Assembly: GCF_006345805.1 (NCBI RefSeq)
Contig: NC_043009.1
Span: 1,922,001 to 1,986,000, forward strand
From: Octopus sinensis
Lineage: Eukaryota
Length of the DNA: 64,000 nucleotides
Direction: 5' to 3'
Positions 13,058 to 24,258 of this stretch are shown here, piece by piece. The notes under the pieces were generated by a model, which did not search any database, was not told where the DNA came from, and saw only the letters and a list, made by a program, of their open reading frames with translations. The translations under genes were made by a program, and so were the position numbers. Position 1 is the stretch's first letter. Every line of letters starts with the position of its first letter.

Positions 13058-13282
13058 ACTGCTACTACTACTACTACTACTATACTACTACTACTACTAC
13101 TACTACTACTAATAATAATAATAAAAATGATGATGAAAACATCGAAAAATGCCTTAGGAGTGAGAACCCAAGTTCGAAATTTCCCCAAGACACCTGATGA
13201 AGGCTGGAGGGTATATCAGCCGAAACCTTGTGTTAACAACAAACAAGATGGGGAGAAATATCCGTCGAATGTAAATAATGTA
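12870..13282 (+). mobile_element. Non-autonomous element: tRNA-like head, microsatellite, hammerhead-like motif, 19-bp inverted ends
   Basis: TAGTGGTTAAG A box, GGG-CTACTAA-CCC arm, AAGTTCGATAC B box at 12933-12943. CTGATGA..GAAA core at 13194-13225. 12870-12888 is the exact reverse complement of 13264-13282. Confidence 0.7.
13189..13234 (+). ncRNA. Minimal type-I hammerhead ribozyme-like motif (stem III probably mutated in this copy)
   Basis: GACAC-CTGATGA-A-GGCTG(gagggtatat)CAGCC-GAAA-CCTT-GTGTT. Stem I GACAC/GUGUU and stem II GGCTG/CAGCC pair. Confidence 0.6.
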
Positions 13283-13310
13283 AATAATGTAGTCGATACT
13301 TGTTTGGTTG

Positions 13311-13742
13311 TCTTTTACTTGTTTCGGTCATAGGACTGCGGCCATACTGGAGCACAACCTCGAAGAGTTTTCGTCGAGAAAAACCGACTCCAGTACATTA
13401 GTTTCCATTTGAATTTGGTACTTTATCCTATTGGTCTCTTTTGTGTAACTGCTAAGCAATGGCGACGTAAACAAACCTGCCCCAGTTTTCAAACACAGAC
13501 ACAAAGCTCACAGTTGCAGTCACACACCAGGGGCGCGCGCAGAGACAGACAGACACACACACATACATATACACACGCACACACACACCCAACAGACTTC
13601 CACGCAGTTTCTGTGTACCAAATTCATTGATAAGACATTTATTAGCCCGGGGCTACCGTAGAGGACACTTGCTGAAGGCGCCGCTCAGTGGGACGAAACC
13701 CAAATCCACATGGTTAGAAAGCGAGTTTGTTAACCACTAGCA
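13311..13742 (-). mobile_element. Diverged family-B SINE with internal (CA)n
   Basis: Same tail and CORE-like motifs as 5362-5750. Confidence 0.8.
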
Positions 13743-14587
13743 CTGCTTTCCTTTCCTTAGCTGTTCTTGTGTATTTATCAGAGTTTGTGTGTCGAGGACA
13801 ACACGTGCAGTTAAGCACTGTTTGTGTTTCTAGCATTTTGAATGTCTCATCTGGTTTGCATGCTTGTATTCTATGCTTTTGTTACAAAATAATTATTTTC
13901 TTTTACAACAGTAGAATTGTAAATTCAACGTTGACGATGATGATGATGGCGATGATGAATACAGCGTTAATGTTGGATGCGTTCCTCTATGCTAATTTTA
14001 AAGTATTGGTGAAATATTTCCTAAAAATTCTAAGACGTGTCTGGTTTTTCATGTTGGTCAAAGAATAAATTTTCAGCTTCCATTGCATCGGCAGAAAGCA
14101 AGAGCTATGACTGTCGAGTCTGTCGTGTGAATAACTGAATGGCAGAAACGATATATAAAGAAAAAAAAAAGGCTTAGTAGATTGCTTCATTCTTTATTCA
14201 TGATATTTTTTTACCGTTTTAACGGATTACAAAATTAGTTCTTGCTTCTAAGAACAGAAGAAAGAACGTTCCTAATTTAGTATTTAATTCCTGTAAAATT
14301 CTGGAAGAAAATAAAAGAACTAAATGCAGTGTTCACTGGATATTAGGTATTGCCAAAAAAAAAAGTGAAGGCGGCGCAAAGAACGACATGAAGAATTCTA
14401 TAAAATTTTTTAAAAATTATTTTTTTTATCATATTGCGCTTTACGTCGTAAATCGATACTAAATGCAACAGAGATGAGGCGGGGACAGAACCACTCGGGG
14501 GTATTTTAACTAGTTCAATGCATTCTTGTTCTGGATTCAAGAGAGGTCATTGCCGATCAACCCAAATGCGGATCGATCCAGTTAATT

Positions 14588-14987
14588 CTTCCTTTCTATT
14601 CTAGGCACAAGGGCCAAAATTTTGGGGGAGAGGGTTAGTCGATTAGATCGAAAACATTACGCAACTGCTACTTAATTTATCGATCCCGTAAGGATGAAAG
14701 GCAAAGTCGACCTCGGCGGAATTTCAACTCAGAACGTAGCGGCAGACGAAATATCTATTTCTTTACTACCCACAAGGGGCTAAACACAGAGAGGACAAAC
14801 AAGGACAGACAAATGGATTAAGTCGATTATATCGACCCCAGTGCGTAACTGGTACTTATTTAATTGACCCCGAAAGGATAAAAGGCAAAGTCGACCTCGG
14901 CGGAATTTGAACTCAGAACGTAGCGGCAGACGAAATACCGCAAAGCATCTCTCCCGCGTGCTAACGTTTCTGCCAGCTCGCCGCCTT
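14588..14987 (-). mobile_element. Dimeric family-A SINE with 13-bp TSD
   Basis: Two A cores in tandem. GATCCAGTTAATT flanks them at 14575-14587 and 14988-15000. Confidence 0.85.
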
Positions 14988-15269
14988 GATCCAGTTAATT
15001 ATTACTATTAAACTGAATCAAGGGTTGTATCTCCATGCCTTTGTCAATCAGAATTAATCACGACAGTAATGACTATTTCTTCTTGTTAAAGATAAGAATT
15101 TTAATTAATTGAAAACATTCTTGACAAAGAAACCGTACCAGCTTCCTGCTGTCTTCTGCCGCTTTATTTTATTGTTCATTTTACTAGTCCCCTGCTCTCC
15201 CAGCTTACTCTTGGAACACAAGGGTTTTCTAAACTCTAGGCAACTGTGGGGCTTCTACCACACCGAGTT

Positions 15270-15350
15270 AGAGCAAACTTAGAAATAGAGATGACCAAGA
15301 ATTAACCCAGTACTCCTCAGAAAACTGGAACTCCTCACCTAGAGTCTCAC
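15270..15350 (+). mobile_element. Possible highly deleted R4/Dong 3' remnant
   Basis: ttagaaatagagatgaccaaga (LEIEMTK) and cagaaaactggaactcctcac resemble the RLE tail at 41500-41670. Confidence 0.3.
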
Positions 15351-15462
15351 AATCGAATGCATTATAATGTATTGGTTAGGATAAAAGTGATATATATGTA
15401 ATCATAAAAACGTAAATCGGTACTGGAAGAATTCGAACCCAGAACCAAGAAATGCAATATTA

Positions 15463-15830
15463 TCCTTTCTAATATAGGTTCAAGGCCTGAATGTTTAGGG
15501 AAAGGGGCTAGCCGATTGCATCACCCTCAGTAGTCAACTGGTACTTATTTCATCGATTATGAAAGGGTAAGTCGACCTTAGCGGAATTTGAACTCAGAAC
15601 GTAAATACTAACGCACTACTGCCAAGCATTTAGTCCAGTGTGTTAACGATTCTGCCAGCTCGCTGCCATAAGAAATACCATATTCTTTTCTATTCTAGGC
15701 ACAAGGCCCGAAATTTTTGGAAAAGGGGCCAGTCGAGTAGATCGACCCCAGTACGCAACTGGTACTTAATTTATCGATCCCCCGAAATGATGAAAGGCAA
15801 AGTCGCCCTCGGCAGAATCTGAACTCAGAC
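15463..15830 (-). mobile_element. Two family-A SINE copies (15463-15667, 15683-15830)
   Basis: Family-A motifs. Confidence 0.8.
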
Positions 15831-15847
15831 ATAAGAAATACGATATT

Positions 15848-16712
15848 AGAGAGGGTGTTGGCCGAAATTTGACAGTTTGCATGAAAGGAAAAGAAAACAC
15901 TTTCTCATTCAAATATAAAATTATTTTTTAACAAGATTATTGCTGGGAATAGCAGATTACTCAGTGTAGTTGCTTTCAGTTTCTCCTATGAGCTGAAGAC
16001 TGCTCCAGAACATGTCGCATGCGTTTCTAACTGTGGCCTGGGTGGATGTCCGAACGCATCCTTGATCTTGGCCACTAGCACGGCCATGGTGTTGCAAGCA
16101 GAGCGGTTGGTGTCTTTGTTCAACCCCCACCTGTAATCCATGGGATTAAAGTCGGGGGTATTAAGAGGTCGGAAATTGGGGTTGGCGAGGTCGTAGAACA
16201 TTTCCGACAACCGCTTCTGACTCTTTTAGGTGGCATGACAAGGACCCGAAACCTGCTGCCACAAATAAGGCCCTCCATTAGCGACCCTCTTCAGTCAGGT
16301 TTTGACTACAGACTCCAGCAACTTCACAAAGACATCTGAATTGAGCCTAGGGCCCTGTTCAATGATATGCGGCAGTATGACGTCAACCCACACTCAAAGA
16401 CCATCATAGTTTGGAAGAACCTGGTTTTCGTGATGTTCATGTTACAGCTTTTACAGCGTTTACAGAGCACTGAGAAGAGTGTTCACAGATCATGACGTCT
16501 GTTCACAGAGCACTGAACGGCAGTTACGATGTCGGCATTTTGACACTCGGCGTGAATCATCGTGATACGGCAAACAGTTTCCTAATGCTTATACGGCTTT
16601 CAATCATCCAGGTCAACTAACTTTTTCTCTTTATACTCTCCAGTGCTGTTGAGAGTTCACCAATAAAAAAAACATATAAAATATCTTCAAATTTTTGCCG
16701 AACACTCATTAC
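15848..16712 (-). mobile_element. Internally deleted Tc1/mariner-superfamily element (maT/DD37D-like)
   Basis: Minus strand: ..HIIEQGPRLNSDVFVKLLESVVK..NGGPYLWQQVSGPCHAT*KSQKRLSEMFYDLANPNFRPLNTPDFNPMDY, a decayed WQQDSAPCH / WPPNSPDLNPMDY catalytic region. Degenerate TIRs GGGTGTTGGCCGAAATTTG (15853) and CAAATTTTTGCCGAACACTC (16688). Confidence 0.7.
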
Positions 16713-17247
16713 AAGGTATTAAAATTATTCAGTCATATGTTTAAAATAATCTCTGCTCTCTTGGGAATTATTTCATAGTTAAAAACATTTAATATTTTTA
16801 GGGAAGATAGAAGATGTGGCATCCATGAGTATTAAGAGAGCAATTGTACAGTAATGGATTCACTTGGGAAGAAAATCCATCTGTAGACCCGGTTTATTTG
16901 TTCGTTAAAACTTTCATTTAATGAAATTTTCACTTGATCTGGTTTTAAAACCCAAGCCAATATAACGGGAAATAATTGAACGAAAATTTATGTTCATACA
17001 TTAACATAATTTATGTAGGAAATCCACATTTTGAGAAATCTAGTGCAGTTATGTGCTTGTAAATAGGATTATAGAAGCTCTATGACACATAACACGGACT
17101 CCTAAATTTATAATCGACTCGCAAGCTGTTCAAAAAGAGCATTTATCGCGCCCACTTCGGTGGTCTTCATGATCTGTGAAATCCATGGACTCGTGCTCGT
17201 CTTCCGGATAATCCAAGAGCTGTTGATAACTAAGCAAAATAAATCGG

Positions 17248-17640
17248 CGCAGGCATGATTGTATGGTTAAGGAGGTAGGTTTGCGACCACATGGCTTTGG
17301 GTTCAGGCCCAACTGCGTGGGGCCTTGGGCAAGTGTTTTCTACTATAGCCTCGTACCGAGCAATGCATTGGTTGACGGAAACTGTATAGAAGCCCGTCGT
17401 ATATATATTTATATCTGGGTATCTTTATGTTTAAATATATCTTCCCATCAACCACTTGACATCCAAAGTTCGTTTCTTTACGTCTCGGTAACTTATCAAT
17501 TCGGCAAAAGCGATCGATAGAATAAGTACCAGAATTAATAAAATAAGTACCAAGGTCAATTTGTTCGCTTAAAACCTCTTCCAGATGGTGCTCCAGCACG
17601 GCTGCAATCCAATGAATGAAACAAGTAAAAAATACAAAAT
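17248..17640 (+). mobile_element. Family-B SINE
   Basis: GGTTCAGGCCC B box, CCTTGGGCAAGTG CORE-like block, tail GGTGCTCCAGCACGGC. Confidence 0.8.
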
Positions 17641-17997
17641 AAAACATACATAAAAACTGAATAAAAATTCCACGACTGTGACACGACAAAGAATTGAAAC
17701 CGTGACGTGAAGACAAGGTGTGCATTTATTTGCACAAACGATTACCAGATTACTAGTAACTTCCTCGCCCATCACCTGTTATTTCGCTGCTGCTGCTGTC
17801 TTTGGTCTCTCTTTCCTATTCTCCATCCTTACTAATAAACTAATCATTGTAAAGCGAGTTGATTGCTTGTCAGTCTAGCGCTTGCTTAACAGAGATTTAT
17901 TTAGAACAAGTAGTAAATGTTGTTTTATGAATACTTCGCTGTTGCTCGGATACAATAGTTTTCTTACAGATCTATTGAAAACCTTACGTGTTCGCAT

Positions 17998-18978
17998 ATG
18001 CATACATACATACATACATACATACATACATACATACATACGTACATGCATACATACGCAAGTACGTACATACATGTATACATGCAAACGTATATATATA
18101 TATATTTATATATATATATATATGTGTGTGTGTATGTATGTATGTGTATGTATATATATATATTTATATATATGTGTGTATGTATGTATGTGTCTGTACA
18201 CAGACACACAAACACGCACGGATGTGCGTATACATTCACTCATTAATACATACACACGCACACATACACATACATATATATATACACATATATATATACC
18301 ACAACTATATATATATATATATATATAAATATGTACATACACACACGCATGCACACATGCACGCACACACACACATAGATATACACACAATACCCAACGA
18401 CTGGAATAAAAAGCAAACCATATGTTGATTACGACAACAACAACAACGAAACTTACACAAGGAAAAAATCGTAACAAAATCAAACCAAATATAAAAAACA
18501 AAAAAACAACAGGTTTTCAAAACTCCCCATCCCCCGCCCCGTCTCACAAACATGTGCTTTAGTTTAGCCCCTTAGCGAAAATGTTTATAGTCATTCATAA
18601 TATCTCATTCTCAATTACACGACAAAACGTCTGTTGTAAGTCTTGTTCTTAGATACATTTTGTTTCTATCAACAAAAGACTAAAATATTCTGGTGCTGGC
18701 GATGGTATCGGCGGCTCCGGTGACGATGATGACGTTGCCGATGAAACGTACGTACATACATACACATACGCATGCATGCCTACATATATACATGCATACA
18801 TATGTATGGATAGAAAGACACTGCAATACACAGTTACGCACGTCTACGCGTTTGTGCTGGATAGACACACGTGCCGGGATTGCTTTGTAGTCGTTGATGT
18901 GCGCGATAGTCCTGCTCGTGACATGGGCATACACACATACGTACATACATACATACATATATATATATATATATTATA

Positions 18979-19009
<31 letters not shown>

Positions 19010-19430
19010 CGTATTCATACATACATACAGGCATACATATATATACGTACACACATGTATATATACATACACACATATATATATTATATATATATATATA
19101 TCATATATATATATACATACATATATAATATATATATATATTCTATAGACACATACACACTCATATATTTACGTATATACTTATGTGTGGGTGTATACAT
19201 ACATACATATACATATATATATATATACACATATATACATATATACATACATACATATATATATACATATATAGACACGCATATATATATGCATACATAT
19301 ATATAAGTACACACATGTATATATATACATATACATACATACACACATATATATATCATATAAATACATACACACATATATTTACGTATATACTTATATG
19401 TGTGAGTGTATGTATACATACATACATAAT

Positions 19431-19465
<35 letters not shown>

Positions 19466-19490
19466 CTCACTTATACACATACATATAAAA
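17998..19490. repeat. (TACA)n/(TA)n/(CA)n microsatellite fields
   Basis: Visible repeats. Confidence 0.9.
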
Positions 19491-20243
19491 GCACAAGCAA
19501 ACATGTAAAGAGGCACGCCAAAAAAAAAACAAAAGAAACTATGCAGAGGCAAAGAGGCATGCGCACAAGTGTAGGGTACACATGAAATTAATACATCGGT
19601 CAACAAACGCATGTCTCTGCGTTGGCTACTGGTGTTGTTGAAACAGTTTGAATGGTGCATAAAATAAGGAGAGACAGTTTAAGAGACAATTATATTTAAA
19701 TATTTACTGAAATTTTAAAGTGGCAATCACATTTGGATAGGCGCGGGCGAAAGAGACAGGCGAATGGGTGGTGTTTAGAACGGTATTTCCTATGGCTCTC
19801 TGCGATATGATTTTAAATCTTGCAGACATTAAAATTTATTTTCAATCTTCTAGGATCGATCAATAAAGTAACAATCAAGATTGTAAATTAAAAAGCATCG
19901 CTAGAATTTGGGATGAATTGCCTTGCGATAGTTGTTTTTGGTCTTTTGTGTCCTAAGATCTTGGCTAGTAGACTAAATTCACGTCCTGATTTAACCCCCT
20001 CCCGTTTGGTCCTTGTAAACATCCGACCCCCGTCTCCGTTAGATTAGACGATTTTGGAATGAGACAACCCTTATCCCATCAGCTTTAAATGTTTATTGGA
20101 TTACCGTATAAGGTGCACTTATCTTTTCAAAATAATGTTTAAAAAAAGAGAATAGATTATCACTGATCCCAAATTCAAAATTGGGCCTTGGGCCTCCTAT
20201 AAATTTTAATACCCTTAGAATTTTTTTTCTTTTGTCAATAGTC

Positions 20244-20647
20244 GTAGGAGTGGCTGTGTGGTAAGTGGCTTGCTTACGAAGCACATCGTTCCGGGTTCAA
20301 TCCCATTGCGTGGTTCCTTGGGCAAGTGTCTTCTACTATAGCCTCGGGCCAACCAAAGACTTGTGAGTAGACGGAAACTGAAAGAAGCCCGTCGTATATA
20401 TGCATATATATGTGCATGTGTGTGTATATGTTTGTTCCCCCAACATTGCTTGACAACCGATGCTGGTGTGTTTGCATCCCCGTAACCTAGCGGTTCGGCA
20501 AAGGAGACCGATAGAATAAATAGTAAGCTTACAAAGAATAAGTAGTTAGCTTACAAAGAATAAGTCCTGGGGTCGATTTGCTCGACTAAAGGCGGTGCTC
20601 CAGCATGGCCACAGTCAAATGGCTGAAAGAAGTAAAAGAATAAAGAA
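20244..20647 (+). mobile_element. Full-length family-B SINE
   Basis: AGGAGTGGCTGTGTGGTAAG..GGGTTCAATCCC..CCTTGGGCAAGTGTCTTCTACTATAGCCTCGGGCC..(TA/TG)n..GGCGGTGCTCCAGCATGGCCACAGTCAAATGGCTGAAAGAAGTAAAAG. Confidence 0.9.
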
Positions 20648-21019
20648 AGTGCTGGTGAAATGGGGGTGCGACTAATCTGGCCGTGAGACTTTTATGTAAA
20701 AAACGGTAATTGCCGACTGATACTGCAGTATTTAAAATGTTTCCTTTATTTGAAAAGTTCACTTCTGTTTGATGGTCTCTTGCGTGAAACTTGGAGCAAC
20801 CGTTTGTGAAGCTTTTCAGTTGTAATAAATCTATATATAAGTAAAATCTAAAAACTTTTAAGTCCGTAGTTTAATGGAAGTAGAATAACCTTTCGGAATT
20901 GTATATTTCGTCGAGGAAGAGAGGGAGAGAGAAAGAGAGTGTGAGAGAGAGAGAGAGAGAGAAATACTTGTTCATTCGTCCATTGAAATGTTGTTAAATA
21001 TGTTTTCTTTAATCTGTTA

Positions 21020-21350
21020 TTTATTGTAGTCATTGGATTGTGACCATACTGGAGCACCGCCATGAAGGGTTTAGTAAAAAAGTAACGACCACAATGTGTA
21101 TATTCAAGCCTGGCGCTTATTCTATCAGTGTCATTTGCCGAACCGTTAACTTAGGGGGACGTCAAGAAGCCAACTCCAGCTATCAAACGGCTAAGAGACA
21201 AACACATACAAACACATACGTGTATCTGAAGGCTTCTATGCAGTTTCCGTCAACCAAATTCACTCAGAAGACATTGGTTGGTCCGAGGTTATATCAAAAG
21301 ACGTTTGCCCGAGGTGCTGTACTATGAAAATAAACACGAAACCACGTGGT
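21020..21350 (-). mobile_element. Degenerate family-B SINE
   Basis: ctggagcaccgcc, cagtttccgtcaaccaaattcactca and ttgcccgaggtgc motifs. Confidence 0.7.
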
Positions 21351-21439
21351 AACAAAGCGAAATTCTTAAAAACATGGCGAGAAGTTTCTACGAATGGACA
21401 TATACGAGAGACAAAAAAAAATACGCTAACACAGTCCTA

Positions 21440-21839
21440 GGATCTTTTCGGTTTGAACGGCAGTTTTTTTCTAGCGGTGTCATATGAAATTGTCACCCAT
21501 AATTATGAAACTAGTATCGATCTATTGCATTTCAATCTATTTTAGGGTTAGGGTTAGGGGTTGGGGAAGGGTATCTTTTTTTCTTTACAAATGTAAATAA
21601 ACCCAATCTGTTTCTTAAACGAGGGACAGGATGCTTTTTACTCAATAGACGCAGGTGATTGGTTGAAATTGCAGAAATTGAAGAAAGAAACAACAAATAT
21701 CTTACAAACTATAAAATTTTCTCAATAAAGCCAAGAGAAAAAGATTTTTTGTAAACACATTATACCAGTATACGAAGTTTAAAATTTTTTAGTTACCTAG
21801 AAATTATGTTAAAAACTGCCGTTCAGACCGAAAAGATCC
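21440..21839. mobile_element. 400-bp MITE, Merlin-like (29-bp TIR starting GG, 8-bp TSD)
   Basis: TIR GGATCTTTTCGGT(T/C)TGAACGGCAGTTTTT with 1 mismatch. TSD CAGTCCTA at 21432-21439 and 21840-21847. Internal (TTAGGG)3 at 21542-21559. Confidence 0.85.
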
Positions 21840-22791
21840 CAGTCCTATTCCTAAGAAGCAAAAGACAAAGATAAGATGGTCTTCTTTTAAACGCCTTTGT
21901 TTACAACTCTCCTCAGACAGGGCTGACACTTGCCAAACGCCAACTGCATAAGAGAAATCGATAGCAAATTTGCATTTATTCTCACACCTAATGACATTTA
22001 TATTTGTTTATACTTTTAAAAAAGAAGCAAGCAAACCCTTATTTACTCATATACAAAAATTGGTAAATAAAAATCGCTTTATGCGGTGGAATAGCGTCGG
22101 ATAAAACATGCTACGGTATTTAGTGTCCTAAAAATAGACCTAAAAATAGATACGGAAATATAATCGTTAAAGGAAAGAAATTCTGTCTTATATCACAGAA
22201 TAGATGTGTGTTTAGAAACAAAGAATGAAAAGCTTTAAAAATACCCTGAGTTGAACCCCCAAATTTATTGCTCGTTAGACAATAGCAGTCTAGAAATAGT
22301 TTAGCACAAAGGTAAGAACGAAAAAATAAAATGAAAGTGTAAATATTTGGGAACGCCATTTTTGTAAAAAGAAAATCCTGATCGAAATGAATCAAGCAAT
22401 GTTAGCGCACGAGTAGTAAGGAGTTATCTTTTATGAGTTATCTTTTATCTTGTACTTGTTTCAGTCTTTAGACTGCGGCCATACTGGGGCTCAGTGCAAA
22501 TTTAATTTAGGAGTCATTAAAAGAAACGACGAAATGTCTTGCAGCTTTCATTCTGGTTCTGTGCGCTTTGAGTTCATATTACGCCGAGGGCAGCTGTTGT
22601 ATTTGATCTTTTGGGGTCGATGATATAAACTGCCAATCGAAGCTGCAGATTGGCCGAATCCCCAAAGTGTTAGACAAGATAACTTGAGGTATTCGCTGTA
22701 GCTTTTTGTTTTTGCATTCAGTTTTCTATGGAAGAACATCTAAAGTTGTAGTCCGGTTCAGTACTTGAGTGCAGTTTTTAGCGGAGCTTAC

Positions 22792-22861
22792 GCTGATACA
22801 AGCGTTCCGTTCTGGTTTCCGATTTGAGAATAACTTTCTCCGGTTCATCCACTCGGATACA
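22792..22861 (-). CDS. Candidate 70-bp internal exon of an unidentified host gene
   Basis: Minus strand: tttttatttcatcttttttttttcag|TGTATCCGAG...TATCAGC|gtaagc. Two frames are open (e.g. CIRVDEPEKVILKSETRTERLYQ). No product is recognisable. Confidence 0.35.
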
Positions 22862-22913
22862 CTGAAAAAAAAAAGATGAAATAAAAATGCTTGACTAAAG
22901 TGATCAACTGTGT

Positions 22914-23192
22914 AGGCGCAATGGCCCAGTGGTTAGGGCAGCGGACTCGCGGTCGAGGGATCGCGGTTTCGATTTCCAGACCGGGCGTTGTGCGTGTTTA
23001 TTGAGCGAAAATACCTAAAGCTCCACGAGGCTCCGGTAGGGGGTGGTGGCGACCCTTGTTGTACTCTTTCCTCCCAACTTTCTCTCACTCTTTCTTCCTG
23101 TTTCTTGAGTAACGCTGCGATGGACTGGTGCCCCGTCCAGCTGGGGGGAACACATATGCCACAGAAACCGGGAAACCGGGCCCATGAGCCTA
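22914..23192 (+). mobile_element. Family-C SINE with tail type 2 (V-domain-like)
   Basis: Same head as 8689. Tail GCTGCGATGGACTGGTGCCCCGTCCAGCTGGGGG..GGGCCCATGAGCC. Confidence 0.85.
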
Positions 23193-23768
23193 AAAATGAT
23201 CAACTAAATGAGGGTGATAATTAATACACAACAATGGAAAGGAAGCAACATGAAAGACTGCAAAGTCAGGCCGACAGGTTATATAGACCAAGACACACGA
23301 CAAAGTTATATATTTTTATAAACGTTAGCTTAAGATAATTTGCTTTAGAATTAGCTAAATTCTAGGATATTCTGACATCGTCAAAATCACAATATAACTC
23401 GATATGTGATACTGTATGTGACTATGTTTTCTGACGTCACTGTATTAAATACATCACGGTAGATTACCGACAAACCATAAAAACGACACAATTTATACAG
23501 CAAAATAGAACTGCCGTGACAGATTAACGATAAATGAGTGCTACATGGATGGTAATCGGCTTGGGAAAGAATCGTTATAAAAGTGTTGCCGTATAGCATA
23601 AAATAAAACATATAATGATAAAGTATTTATTATGAGGCTGTTATTGTAAATGGTACTTTTATATTAAAAATGTACTTTTAGTAAAAGCAAAGTCACGTTA
23701 TTTCAAAACAGTACAATGTCAACATTTGAAAAAGAGAGATTGTATCGTTAGACATTAGATCACAGAAT

Positions 23769-23992
23769 AAGGCAGGGAGCTGGCACGCCGGACAAAATAC
23801 TTAACGTTATTTCGTCCGTGATTACGTTCTTAGTTCCAATTCCGTCGAAGTTGACTTTGCCTTTCATCCTTTCAGGGTCGATAAATTAAGTAATGGTCGA
23901 GTACTGGGGTTGATGTGATCGATAGGCCCCTCCCCACAAAAATATATGCCTTGTGCCTATAGTAGAAATGATTTTTATTATTATTATTATTA

Positions 23993-24075
<83 letters not shown>

Positions 24076-24258
24076 AATAATAATAATAATAATAATAATC
24101 TTTTCTACGGTAGGCACAAGGCCCGAAATTTTTGGGGATGGGGCCAGTCGCTTAGATCGACCAGTACGCAACTGGTACTGAATTTATCGACCCCGAAAGG
24201 ATAAAAGGCAAAATCAACCTTGGTGGAATTTGAACTCAGAACGTAAAGACAGACGAAG
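23769..24258. mobile_element. Two family-A SINEs tail-to-tail (23769-23972 +, 24099-24258 -) around an (ATT)n/(AAT)n tract
   Basis: Family-A motifs in opposite orientations. Confidence 0.8.
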
